From positions 1,380,001-1,412,000 of the forward strand of contig NZ_CP047931.1 in the NCBI RefSeq assembly GCF_014280175.1: a DNA stretch of 32,000 nt, in the 5' to 3' direction. The DNA comes from Synechococcus sp. A15-28. GTDB lineage: Bacteria; Cyanobacteriota; Cyanobacteriia; PCC-6307; Cyanobiaceae. Shown piece after piece: positions 15,105 to 23,861 of the stretch (position 1 is the stretch's first letter; the number at the start of each line of letters is the position of its first letter). The notes under the pieces were generated by a model, which did not search any database, was not told the DNA's origin, and saw nothing but the letters and a program-made list of their open reading frames with translations. Both the position numbers and the translations under genes were made by a program.

Positions 15105-15205
15105 GCGTTGGCCAGGCCCCAGACGATGAACACGCCGATTCCCCCCAGCAACACGATGCCCCAGACAAGAACGTGCATGGGGCTGTCGGAACCACCGTTC
15201 TCCAT
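15086..15205 (-). CDS. Candidate small membrane protein (39 aa)
   Basis: MENGGSDSPMHVLVWGIVLLGGIGVFIVWGLANAYPTPV. It lies in the ribF-thiE gap and overlaps the ribF 3' end by 19 nt. Below the track cutoff. Confidence 0.3.
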   Translation of the reverse strand: MENGGSDSPMHVLVWGIVLLGGIGVFIVWGLANAYPTPV

Positions 15206-15247
15206 CACTCAAAGGGGTGCGATCCTCCAAAGGGTGCCACGAAACTG

Positions 15248-16297
15248 ATGGGTTGCGAGTCGTCCCTGGATCCCCGTGTGGCAAGGCTGATCGATGCCAA
15301 TCTCGATCGGGCCCGCGAAGGGCTGCGGGTCGTGGAGGACTGGTGCCGTTTCGGCCTGGAACGGGATGATCTGGTGATCAGCCTCAAGGATTGGCGGCAG
15401 CGTCTCGGCAAGCTGCACCGAGAGCACTACAAGCAGGCCCGCTCCACCGCCACCGACCCCGCGGCTGGACTGGACCATCCGGCCCAGCTTGACCGTCACA
15501 GTCCCCGCCAGGTGGTGGAAGCCAACTGCGGCCGGGTGCAGGAGGCCCTGAGGGTGCTGGAGGAGTACGCACGCAGCGTGGATGCTCCTCTGGCCGCTGA
15601 GGCCGCCGCCATCCGCTACGGCGTCTACGACCTGGAGGTGACCTGCCTGAAGGCCACGGGTGGGAACAGCCGTCGCAACCGGCTGCAGGACTGCCAGCTG
15701 TGCCTGATCACGGCTCCCTGCCCTGATCTGATCGAACGTGTGACGGCAGCCCTGCGCAGTGGTGTGGCCATGGTTCAGCACCGCTGCAAATCAGGAAGCG
15801 ACCTGGAACGACTGGCGGAAGCCAAAGCCCTGGCGGCCCTCTGCCAGGACCACGGCGCTCTGCTGATCATCAACGACCGCATTGATCTGGCCCTGGCCGT
15901 GGATGCCGACGGTGTGCATCTGGGGCAGGACGACCTGCCCACGGAGGTGGCCCGTGGCTTGATCGGACCCGACCGACTTCTTGGACGCAGCACCCATGAG
16001 CTGGACCAGGTGGCGGAAGCGAACCGAGAGGACTGCGACTACCTCGGCCTTGGCCCCGTCAACACCACCGCCGTGAAGCCGGAGCGTCCAGCCATCGGTG
16101 CTGAGCTGGTGGGTCAGGCGCTGGCCATCGCTCAGAAGCCGGTGTTTGCCATCGGTGGCATCACCCAGGCCAATCTTTCGCAGCTCACGGCAGTGGGATG
16201 CCGGCGTGTGGCGGTGATCGGGGCAATCATGGGGTCCAACACCCCAGCAGAGTCCAGCCAAAGCCTGCTGAACAGCCTGTCGCGCCTCAACCACTGA
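15248..16297 (+). CDS. thiE: Thiamine-phosphate synthase with the cyanobacterial N-terminal extension
   Basis: The C-terminal half carries ThiE motifs (LIINDRIDLALAVDADGVHLGQDDLP, GRSTH, YLGLGPV, FAIGGI). The ATG at 15248 lies inside ORF 15173-16297. Confidence 0.9.
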   Translation: MGCESSLDPRVARLIDANLDRAREGLRVVEDWCRFGLERDDLVISLKDWRQRLGKLHREHYKQARSTATDPAAGLDHPAQLDRHSPRQVVEANCGRVQEALRVLEEYARSVDAPLAAEAAAIRYGVYDLEVTCLKATGGNSRRNRLQDCQLCLITAPCPDLIERVTAALRSGVAMVQHRCKSGSDLERLAEAKALAALCQDHGALLIINDRIDLALAVDADGVHLGQDDLPTEVARGLIGPDRLLGRSTHELDQVAEANREDCDYLGLGPVNTTAVKPERPAIGAELVGQALAIAQKPVFAIGGITQANLSQLTAVGCRRVAVIGAIMGSNTPAESSQSLLNSLSRLNH

Positions 16298-16300
16298 TCC

Positions 16301-16519
16301 ATGGCCCTGAAGCTCACCGTCAATGGCGAGGTCCGCTGCCTGGACCCTGAGCCGACGCCCCCCACCCTGGACAAGGTGATCGCCGCCCTGGGCCACAACC
16401 CGCAGCTGGTGGTGACGGAGCACAACGGTGTGATTGCTCTTCGAGGGAGCTGGGCGACCACAACAGTGGGTGAAGGCGACAGCTTGGAGATCGTCACCAT
16501 CGTTGGAGGCGGTTCCTAG
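16301..16519 (+). CDS. thiS: Sulfur-carrier protein ThiS
   Basis: 72 aa, a ubiquitin-like pattern (VNGE...LVVTEHNGVI...GDSLEIVTIVGGG), starting 3 nt after the thiE stop. Confidence 0.85.
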   Translation: MALKLTVNGEVRCLDPEPTPPTLDKVIAALGHNPQLVVTEHNGVIALRGSWATTTVGEGDSLEIVTIVGGGS

Positions 16520-16539
16520 AGTTAAATCAGCTTTCTGTT

Positions 16540-17490
16540 GTGGTTGTGGCCGTTCGGAACCAAAGCTGGACCCGCAGGCTTCTGGCAGCTGTCCTGGTGC
16601 CGCTGGTGGTGTTCAGCCTCGGTCTGATCACGCCGGAGCCCGCCGATGCAGCCCGCGGTGGCCGGATGGGCGGCGGCAGTTTCCGCGCCCCATCCATGCC
16701 CCGCAGCGGCGGCGGTGGCTACCGACGCGGCGGTTACGGCGGCGGTTACGGCGGTGGTTATCGCGGTGGCGGCTTCGGATTCCCGTTCATCATTCCGATC
16801 TTCGGCTTCGGTGGCGGCGGACTGTTCGGCCTGCTGATCCTGATGGCCGTGGCCGGTGTTCTGGTGAATGCCGTCCGCGGTGGGGGTGGTGCCCCTTCCA
16901 TCGGTGGCGGCTCACCGATGCCGGCGGTGCCCAGCAAGGTCAACATGATTCAGGTGCAGGTGGGGATGCTGGCCAGCGCCAAATCGCTCCAGGAGGATCT
17001 GCGCCGGCTGGCGGCCTCCTCAGACACCTCCAGTTCCAGCGGCCTGCAGCGGCTGCTGCAGGAATCCACCCTGGCCTTGCTGCGGCAACCTGAACTGTGG
17101 GTCTACGCCAACGCTGAGAGCGGCAGTGTGCCGTTCAGCAGCGCGGAATCCACGTTCAACCGTCTGTCGATGAACGAGCGCAGCAAATTGGATGCTGAGC
17201 TCACCAGCAACGTCGGTGGCCAAAGCATCAACAGCTCATCCGCCAATGTGGGTGAGGCCGACGCCACCAATGAATTTATCGTGGTCACCCTGCTTGTGGC
17301 GTCCACCGCTGCAGCCAGCCTCAAGGGAGCCAGCACAGGCGAAGACCTGCGCCAGACACTGCGCATCCTCGGCTCAACGGCCTCCTCTGAACTGATGGCC
17401 CTCGAGGTGATCTGGCAGCCGGAGGGACGCGGCGATGTTCTCAGTTCCGAGGAACTTCTCACCGCCTACCCGAATCTGCAGCACCTCTGA
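16540..17490 (+). CDS. DUF1517-family membrane protein with a Gly/Tyr/Arg-rich segment
   Basis: Signal or TM segment, then GGRMGGGSFRAPS and (GGY)n repeats, a TM segment, and a conserved C-terminal domain ending VIWQPEGRGDVLSSEELLTAYPNL. Confidence 0.8.
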   Translation: MVVAVRNQSWTRRLLAAVLVPLVVFSLGLITPEPADAARGGRMGGGSFRAPSMPRSGGGGYRRGGYGGGYGGGYRGGGFGFPFIIPIFGFGGGGLFGLLILMAVAGVLVNAVRGGGGAPSIGGGSPMPAVPSKVNMIQVQVGMLASAKSLQEDLRRLAASSDTSSSSGLQRLLQESTLALLRQPELWVYANAESGSVPFSSAESTFNRLSMNERSKLDAELTSNVGGQSINSSSANVGEADATNEFIVVTLLVASTAAASLKGASTGEDLRQTLRILGSTASSELMALEVIWQPEGRGDVLSSEELLTAYPNLQHL

Positions 17491-17607
17491 GGATCTGAAG
17501 ATTTTCTTCCGCAGATCAAACGCAATATGAGCACTTTTTCTCAGGATCAACACCTAGTTTTCGAATAAGAACATCCGTCGAATTCATTGGCTCCCAATCC
17601 CCGCGCA

Positions 17608-17745
17608 ATGGAATGGCAACAGGACGGGGAGCTGTCGCGATCGGATTGGAATGCCCTGCTGAGCACCCTGCAGCAGGTGGAAACCGATCACAACTCCGCT
17701 GAACTGGAGCGATTGGGTGAGGTCGATTTCGACCAGGCTGTCTGA
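17608..17745 (+). CDS. Candidate small acidic protein (45 aa)
   Basis: ATG ORF MEWQQDGELSRSDWNALLSTLQQVETDHNSAELERLGEVDFDQAV in the gap before the convergent larB. Below the track cutoff. Confidence 0.3.
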   Translation: MEWQQDGELSRSDWNALLSTLQQVETDHNSAELERLGEVDFDQAV

Positions 17746-17748
17746 CCC

Positions 17749-18399
17749 TCAACGCCCCCTCAGCATCCGCAACGCCGCCATGGCGGCTCCGTAACCGTTG
17801 TCGATATTGACCACGGTCAATCCCGGTGCGCAACTGGCCAGCATCCCATCGAGGGCGGTTCTTCCACCAGCGCTGACGCCGTAACCCACCGACACCGGCA
17901 CACCGATGATCGGCTGAGGCACGAGGCCAGCCAGCACCGTCGGCAGGGCCCCTTCCATGCCGGCGCAGGCAATCAAGACAGCGGCGGACTCCAACCTGGG
18001 GAGCTGATCCAGCAATCGGTGCAGACCGGCCACCCCCACGTCCATCAACGGATCCACCGCAATGCCATGGCAGCGCAGGGCAAGGGTCGCCTCAGCCACG
18101 ACGCTGCGGTCGCTGCTGCCACCGCTGAGCACCGCCACCGGCGGCGGTCCCGGTGGCAAGGCAGGCAGTTCCCCAAGGGTCAGACAACGGGCATCGTCAT
18201 GAACCACCACAGCAGGCAGGGCTGCTAGCACTGCATCGGCTTTCTCCGGTGCCACCCGGGTCACCAGACCCAGCTCATCACCGGCGGCAAACCGTTTCAG
18301 GATCGCGATGATCTGCTCAGCGGTCTTGTGCTCCCCCCACACGGCTTCGACCATGCCGAGCCGTGCCCGTCGCTTCAGGTCCAGACGGGCGTCGATCAT
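17749..18399 (-). CDS. larB: LarB / CpmA-type AIR-carboxylase-like (PurE-family) protein
   Basis: RLDLKRRARLGMVEAVWGEHKT..., followed by a PurE-like Rossmann part (VAVLSGGSSDRSVVAEA...GVAGLHRL...GMEGALP). The ATG at 18399 overlaps the upstream stop (ATGA). Confidence 0.85.
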   Translation of the reverse strand: MIDARLDLKRRARLGMVEAVWGEHKTAEQIIAILKRFAAGDELGLVTRVAPEKADAVLAALPAVVVHDDARCLTLGELPALPPGPPPVAVLSGGSSDRSVVAEATLALRCHGIAVDPLMDVGVAGLHRLLDQLPRLESAAVLIACAGMEGALPTVLAGLVPQPIIGVPVSVGYGVSAGGRTALDGMLASCAPGLTVVNIDNGYGAAMAALRMLRGR

Positions 18400-18800
18400 T
18401 GGGACGGCAGCAGCTGGGCCTGCAGTTCGCCTTCCGCCAGCAACGGGAACAGCGGTGCTGAGCCTGGATCCCGATTCAGAGCTTGATTCACCCGAGCCTC
18501 GAAGACCTCCTGCACCCGCTGGACCTCCTCGGAGGGGATCGCCTTCCACTGCTCACGGCTGCTCCAGCGGATCAGCAGCAGACCCTCCTCTCGCTCTGGA
18601 TCCCAAAACAGCTCACGCCCCTCAAATCCCGCCTGCTGCTCCAACCAGGGCTGCCAGCTGCTGGCCTCGGCCTGCAGCCAAAGCTCACGATGGGATGCCG
18701 GCACCGCCAGTCGCAGCTGCTCAATCACCCCCTGCTCCGCCATGACCGGTGCTGCAACGCTGAGCAGCATGGCCAGAAGCAGTGCCATGGCGCGACTCAT
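18396..18800 (-). CDS. Secreted small protein, TIGR03792-like (Dabb/ABM-type fold)
   Basis: The ATG at 18800 begins a signal peptide ([21 protein letters not shown]), followed by [10 protein letters not shown]...WLQAE...W.PWL. The start overlaps the trmD-ispF stop (ATGA). The family label is from recall. Confidence 0.7.
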   Translation of the reverse strand: MSRAMALLLAMLLSVAAPVMAEQGVIEQLRLAVPASHRELWLQAEASSWQPWLEQQAGFEGRELFWDPEREEGLLLIRWSSREQWKAIPSEEVQRVQEVFEARVNQALNRDPGSAPLFPLLAEGELQAQLLPSQ

Positions 18801-19996
18801 GGCTGGCCCAGCAGCACAACGGCCTGACAACTGATGCCTTCCTCCCGTCCCTCCGGTCCCAGCCGTTCGTTGGTGGTGGCCTTCACACCGACGGCCTCGG
18901 CGGCAATGCCGATGCGGGATGCGATGTTGCCGCGCATCGCTTCGATGTGGGGCTTCAGCTTGGGCCGCTCGGCGATCACCACCGCATCGACGTTCACCAC
19001 CTGCCAACCCCGTTGACTCACCAGGGCCACCACCTGCTCCAGCAGCTGAAGGCTGTTGGCCCCCTTCCATTGCGGATCCGTGGGCGGGAAATACTTGCCG
19101 ATGTCCCCGAGCGACAGGGCACCGAGCAGGGCATCCATCACCGCATGCACCAGCACATCGGCGTCGCTGTGGCCGTCGAGGCCCAGGCCATCGGGATGCT
19201 CCAGGGTCACACCACCGAGAATCAGCGGTCGGCCCGACACCAACCGATGAATGTCATAGCCATTGCCGATCCGCAATGTCATGGCCGCTCCGGAGTCATC
19301 GCTCGCCATTCTCCAGCGTGCGTAGAGATCCGGTCGACGATCCCGCGTGCGTTGCTCCCGCTGCTGCTGCCGCCAGGCCTCGATGGCGCCATGGTTTCCG
19401 CCCCGCAGCACCTCCGGCACCGCCATGCCCTGGAACTCCGCCGGTCGGGTGTAGTGGGGATGCTCCAGCAGCAGCGTGCTGTGGCTTTCCTCCACCAGTG
19501 ACTGGGCCGTTCCCACGGTGCCCGGCAACAGCCGCACCACCCCATTGATCACGGTCATCGCCGGCAGCTCACCACCGGTGAGCACGAAATCACCGGCGGA
19601 CACCTCCTCATCGGCAAGGCTGCGGATGCGTTCATCAAACCCTTCGTAATGGCCGCAGAGCAGCACGAGCTGATCGTGCTCCTGGGACCAGCGCTGCAGG
19701 TCTCTCTGCTGCAGTGGTCGCCCCTGCGGTGACATCAGCAGCACCCGGCTGCGGGGACTACGGGGGATCGACTCCACCGCGGCGAACACCGGTTCCGGCT
19801 TCAGCACCATGCCGGCGCCGCCGCCATAGGGCTCATCGTCCACCTTGCGGTAGCGGTCGGTGGCGAAATCGCGGGGATTGTGGAGATGCAGCTCAGCGAT
19901 GCCGTTGCCGAAGGCACGGCCGATCACCCCCAGCTCGAGCAACGGGGCAAAGGCCTGCGGCGCCAGGCTCACCACATCGAGGCGATAGGACGCCAT
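18797..19996 (-). CDS. trmD/ispF: Continuous TrmD-IspF reading frame: tRNA (m1G37) methyltransferase fused to MEcPP synthase
   Basis: Residues 1-230 are TrmD-like ([34 protein letters not shown]). Residues 239-399 are IspF-like ([29 protein letters not shown]). No stop separates them. An internal ATG at 19282 could also start IspF alone. Confidence 0.85.
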   Translation of the reverse strand: MASYRLDVVSLAPQAFAPLLELGVIGRAFGNGIAELHLHNPRDFATDRYRKVDDEPYGGGAGMVLKPEPVFAAVESIPRSPRSRVLLMSPQGRPLQQRDLQRWSQEHDQLVLLCGHYEGFDERIRSLADEEVSAGDFVLTGGELPAMTVINGVVRLLPGTVGTAQSLVEESHSTLLLEHPHYTRPAEFQGMAVPEVLRGGNHGAIEAWRQQQREQRTRDRRPDLYARWRMASDDSGAAMTLRIGNGYDIHRLVSGRPLILGGVTLEHPDGLGLDGHSDADVLVHAVMDALLGALSLGDIGKYFPPTDPQWKGANSLQLLEQVVALVSQRGWQVVNVDAVVIAERPKLKPHIEAMRGNIASRIGIAAEAVGVKATTNERLGPEGREEGISCQAVVLLGQP

Positions 19997-20002
19997 CGCG
20001 GC

Positions 20003-20467
20003 TCAGGCGGCAGGTTTGGACACCCGGCGGATGTCCGTGCAGAAACTGCCCTGCAGCGGTGTTCCCTCCTGATCCGTCGCCGTGGTGCTGCGCAACCGCA
20101 GGTTGGCGCGGGTGAACCAAATCCGCTCCTGCACCGACGTTCCATCAGGCTGCGACAGGTTCAACTCCATGCTGCCGTCAGGCCAGAAGCGCCACTGCCC
20201 GGCCGATGCTCCGTTGATGGCCAAAGCACCATCCCGCTGAAACCGCAGGGTGGTGGTCGCTCCCCCCGGTGCGGTCACCACCAGCTCTCCCTCCACCTCA
20301 TCTGCAGGTGCACCGCAGCGCACCACCAGCTCCCCGCGTTCGCTGCTGTGCCAGTCGTCATCGCCGCCGCTGGAGAGCTCAAAGCTGCTGCGCAGGCTCA
20401 TCCACTCGCCGGCACAGAGACCGATAAACGCTGCGGCATCAGCCGGCGGGAAGGGTTGGTCGCTCAT
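20003..20467 (-). CDS. Short CpcS/CpeS-family (phycobilin-lyase-like, lipocalin-fold) protein, 154 aa
   Basis: N-terminal F..L.AGEW.SLRS pattern and C-terminal ERIWF...NLRLRSTT...SFCTDIRR pattern, both characteristic of that family. Confidence 0.65.
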   Translation of the reverse strand: MSDQPFPPADAAAFIGLCAGEWMSLRSSFELSSGGDDDWHSSERGELVVRCGAPADEVEGELVVTAPGGATTTLRFQRDGALAINGASAGQWRFWPDGSMELNLSQPDGTSVQERIWFTRANLRLRSTTATDQEGTPLQGSFCTDIRRVSKPAA

Positions 20468-20489
20468 CCATCCATCTTCTCAGCCGGCT

Positions 20490-21392
20490 TCACCAGGTGA
20501 GTGGCAGAAACGGATAGGGACGGTTCCAGCCGTACAGGGCCAGACGCTGGCGTCCCGGCAGGGCCGCACCGCGGCGGTGGAAGGCAAACACATCCGCCAG
20601 CACCAGGGTGTTGGCCTGGCAGGGCAAGGCCACCGGCGCCGGAAGGCCCAGGGATGCCAGCTCCGTCTCGGGGATCCGAAACGAGCCGGAAACATCCGGC
20701 TGCTGCTGCTGACGGATCGCGGCATTGGCGGTGGCCTGTTCCCAGCGCAGCCGTTCTGGGCTGAGCCGATGGCTGCCGGGAACCACTTCAAACGGGCCAT
20801 CGTCCGCCGTGACCGGCCGCAGAAACAGCCAGAACTTGAGCGCCCGAAAGAACGTGTCGCGGTGCAGGTCCTTCTGCAGGTCCGGCGTGCGGCTCTCCTC
20901 GCCATGCACAGTGAGATAAATGTCCAGCTTGCGCGGATCCATCGGCAGTCCGATCACATGGCGGGACCAGCGGCTGAGGCGTGGGTCGCGGCTCAGCGCC
21001 GCCGCATGGGGCAACCGTGCCGGATCAATGTGCAGAAAGCGGTTGAGGGTGCCGCCGTCGTAGCGATCGAAGCCTCCGGGAAACGGTTGCTTCGGCTGGA
21101 ATCCTGTTTTGTCGTTGGCGGCCATCGGATGCTGAGCATTCGCGGCGGCCAGATGAGCCTCCACCTCATCCCGCAAGGAACTGAAGGCTGGTTCGGGCAA
21201 AACGTCTGGCACCACCAGAAAGCCATCCCGCTCCAGCTGACGCTCCTGGACCGGTCTCAACCAGCGCCGCCAGCGGCAGAGCGCTTCCGCCAGCTGCACG
21301 CGACGGCGATGCAACTGCCAACGCTGATTGAGCGCAGGCTGCCCCACCCATGGGTCACGGAAGCTCTTGGTGCGGCTCAGCAGCGACAGCAT
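20490..21392 (-). CDS. Phytanoyl-CoA dioxygenase (PhyH)-family Fe(II)/2-oxoglutarate oxygenase
   Basis: An HxD motif (LHRDTF) with a distal His (AFHRRG), within PhyH-like sequence (GPFEVVPGSH). Confidence 0.7.
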   Translation of the reverse strand: MLSLLSRTKSFRDPWVGQPALNQRWQLHRRRVQLAEALCRWRRWLRPVQERQLERDGFLVVPDVLPEPAFSSLRDEVEAHLAAANAQHPMAANDKTGFQPKQPFPGGFDRYDGGTLNRFLHIDPARLPHAAALSRDPRLSRWSRHVIGLPMDPRKLDIYLTVHGEESRTPDLQKDLHRDTFFRALKFWLFLRPVTADDGPFEVVPGSHRLSPERLRWEQATANAAIRQQQQPDVSGSFRIPETELASLGLPAPVALPCQANTLVLADVFAFHRRGAALPGRQRLALYGWNRPYPFLPLTW

Positions 21393-22348
21393 CAGGCGTC
21401 GCCCCCGTAGCCCAGCTCAGCAAGCCGGGCCGGTTTGCTGCGCCAGTCCGGCACCACCTTCACGAACAGCTCCAGATACACCGGCCCATCGATCAGGGTC
21501 TGCATCTGCAGCCGGGCGCCCTGGCCGATCGTCTTGAGCATGGCGCCGCCCTTGCCGATGAGAATCCCCTTCTGGCTTTTGCGCTCCACCAGCACAGTCG
21601 CAAGCACAGCCGTGCGCCCGCCGCCCTTGCCGGTCGCTGGCAGCTCCTCCACGCGATCGATCGTCACCGCAACGCTGTGGGGGATCTCCTCGCGGGTGTG
21701 CAGCAACACCTGCTCTCGGATCAGCTCACCCATCAACACCCGCTCCGGTTGGTCAGAGACCATCTCCGGGGGATAGAGCTGCGGACCCCGGGGCAACTGG
21801 TCCGCCATGGCCTGCGTGAGCGCAGTGCACCCGTCGCCGGCCAGGGCACTGCAGCGGTGAACCGGCCAAGCCGTTTCGCTCAGCAACGCGCTGTAGGCCG
21901 ACGCCGACTCCTCTTGCCGCTCCTCCGGCACCTTGTCCCATTTGTTCAACGCCACCAACACCGGCAACGGTTGTTGCCGCAGCAGATTGACGATGAATGC
22001 GTCGCCACGGCCGGGGCGCTCACAGCCCTCCAGCAGCAGCACCACAAGATCCACTTCGCCGATGGCGCTGCGGGCGCTCTGCACCAACCGCTCCCCCAGC
22101 AGGTGATGGGGCTTATGGATGCCAGGGGTGTCCACCAGGACCATCTGGGCGTCCTCTGTGGTGAGGATGGCGCGCAACCGGTTGCGGGTGGTCTGGGCCA
22201 CGGGCGAGGTGATGGCCACCTTCTCCCCCACCAGCTGGTTCACCAGGGTGGATTTGCCCACGTTGGGCCTGCCGATCAGTGCGATGAAGCCGGAGCGGTG
22301 GTCCTCCGACGACGGAGTGGAAAGCATCACGCAAGTCTGCGCCGTCAC
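21392..22348 (-). CDS. era: GTPase Era
   Basis: GFIALIGRPNVGKSTLVNQL (G1), DTPG (G3), NKWD (G4) and a C-terminal KH domain. The start is either GTG at 22348 or ATG at 22327. Confidence 0.95.
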   Translation of the reverse strand: MTAQTCVMLSTPSSEDHRSGFIALIGRPNVGKSTLVNQLVGEKVAITSPVAQTTRNRLRAILTTEDAQMVLVDTPGIHKPHHLLGERLVQSARSAIGEVDLVVLLLEGCERPGRGDAFIVNLLRQQPLPVLVALNKWDKVPEERQEESASAYSALLSETAWPVHRCSALAGDGCTALTQAMADQLPRGPQLYPPEMVSDQPERVLMGELIREQVLLHTREEIPHSVAVTIDRVEELPATGKGGGRTAVLATVLVERKSQKGILIGKGGAMLKTIGQGARLQMQTLIDGPVYLELFVKVVPDWRSKPARLAELGYGGDA

Positions 22349-23196
22349 TGCCCCTGATTCGTTTCCGCCTCCTCCAGGGCTGCAGTGGGATCAGCTGTGA
22401 GATCAGCCGTCAGGAATTCGCGCGTCTCCGGCAGCGCCAGTCGCAGATTCGACTGAAAGTCAAAGTCGACATCGAGGGATGCGGCTTTCAGATCGAGAAG
22501 ATGACCACCATGCCGATGGTCGTCCGACAGGAAGTGCAGGTGATATCCGGGGATGTTGAGGCTGCTGGCATGGGTTGGACTCCAGAACCCCACCAACGTG
22601 CCGCTGATGGCCTGGTGAGAGAATGTGGTCTGTGACCGGGTGGCATCCAGAAGGGTTGCGCCCGCCTCCACACGGGACACCGAGCGGACGAGCAGTTCCT
22701 CGAACATGCCTCGGATGCGCAGCGCCACAAAAAGATTCGCGCCCGGGCGATGGGGATCCAGCAACGCCCCGAGCTGCTCAAAGCTGCTCACCGGACCGAG
22801 CTGCACTCGCTGCTCGCTTTCGAAATGTGTGGCGATCCAGAACGGAATGCCCTCCTCCGGAGGCGCCTCACGAAGACGACCATCAGCACAGGCCTGCCAG
22901 CAGACGCCATCGAGAAGAATCCCTTCACCGTCGAGCTGCTCGAAGGTCCCGATTCCAAAGTCGCCGTGATCGGCCAGGTCGCGCACATGCAGCGCATCGC
23001 CGAACACCCCTTCCACCACCGCAGTGGAGGTGGATAGTTGCCAGAGGGTGTGATGCTCCAGATCCAGATAATCCGCCAGAGCCTTTCGGATCACGGCGCT
23101 GTAACTCTCACCAGTCCTGCTCGCATGAGCTTGTAAAGCCGACCAATGGCCAGAGGGCAGGTTCACGTGGAGCCCATGGCAAGACGTCTCTGGCAT
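22345..23196 (-). CDS. budA: Alpha-acetolactate decarboxylase with an RHH-like N-terminal extension
   Basis: LWQLSTSTAVVEGVFGD...HGDFGIGTFEQLDGEGILLDG matches the AlsD core. An upstream ~45 aa (HVNLPSGHWSALQAHASRTGESYSAVIRKALADYL) precedes it. The ATG at 23196 was chosen to avoid overlap with the divergent gene. Confidence 0.8.
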   Translation of the reverse strand: MPETSCHGLHVNLPSGHWSALQAHASRTGESYSAVIRKALADYLDLEHHTLWQLSTSTAVVEGVFGDALHVRDLADHGDFGIGTFEQLDGEGILLDGVCWQACADGRLREAPPEEGIPFWIATHFESEQRVQLGPVSSFEQLGALLDPHRPGANLFVALRIRGMFEELLVRSVSRVEAGATLLDATRSQTTFSHQAISGTLVGFWSPTHASSLNIPGYHLHFLSDDHRHGGHLLDLKAASLDVDFDFQSNLRLALPETREFLTADLTADPTAALEEAETNQGQ

Positions 23197-23240
23197 CGTC
23201 TGAATCCAACTTGCCCATAGCCTGGCCTCAAGGTCGGACC

Positions 23241-23768
23241 ATGGCGATGCCTGAACAGCAACCCACCTTCCAGCAGGCAATGGAGATCACCGCTGCCTGG
23301 TTGCAGCAGTGGGAGAACGAGGAGATCAGCGATGAGGTGCTGGCGGACCGAATCGGTGAGATGGTGTCCAGCCGCGATGGCGCCAGGGGCTTCTTTGTGG
23401 TGAGCCTGGCTGGCGACAGCGTTCTGATGGATCGACTGCCGGATGCCGTTGTAGGGCAACTGCGCGCTGCAGGCGCTGGGGTTGTGGATCTGAGCGTGCG
23501 CAACCTGGCCATGAGCACCGCCATGGCGGTTGCCCACCACCGCTCCGGTGACAGCGCCCAGCAGGAAGGCTCGCAACGGGTCAGAACCCGCTGCACTGAA
23601 CTGCTGCGGCAACTGGAGCCGGGCCTGGTGAAAGAACGGCTGGAGCAACTGCTGGAGGCTGCTGTCGACAACACTGGAGCTGATGTCTCCTTTCTGGAGA
23701 AATGGGGCTACGACGTCGAGCAGCGTGATGCCATCCGCCAAAGCGTTTATGCCGTCGCCGACGAGTGA
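23241..23768 (+). CDS. Conserved hypothetical protein (175 aa)
   Basis: The ATG at 23241 lies inside ORF 22623-23768. The part upstream of it is the antisense shadow of budA. Helical, acidic composition. Confidence 0.7.
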   Translation: MAMPEQQPTFQQAMEITAAWLQQWENEEISDEVLADRIGEMVSSRDGARGFFVVSLAGDSVLMDRLPDAVVGQLRAAGAGVVDLSVRNLAMSTAMAVAHHRSGDSAQQEGSQRVRTRCTELLRQLEPGLVKERLEQLLEAAVDNTGADVSFLEKWGYDVEQRDAIRQSVYAVADE

Positions 23769-23785
23769 AGGGTGAAGACAACCAA

Positions 23786-23815
23786 CAAAAAAGCCCCGGA
23801 AGTACCGGGGCTTTT
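23786..23815. terminator. Bidirectional terminator between convergent genes
   Basis: GCCCCGG (23793-23799) pairs with CCGGGGC (23805-23811) across a 5-nt loop. It is flanked by an A7 run upstream and T4 downstream. Confidence 0.7.
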
Positions 23816-23861
23816 CGAGTGGATGATGTCGATCGGACCAATCCAATCGGACTCAATCGTG

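Noticed and set aside
15105-15247. A TPP riboswitch upstream of thiE.
   Set aside because: A GGGGTGC string is present, but the conserved CTGAGA and ACCTGATCTGGATAATGCCAGCG elements are absent.
17516-17833. The 105-aa minus ORF spanning the DUF1517-larB gap.
   Set aside because: It is Arg/Pro/Gly-rich, overlaps the 3' end of larB, and has no supporting motifs.
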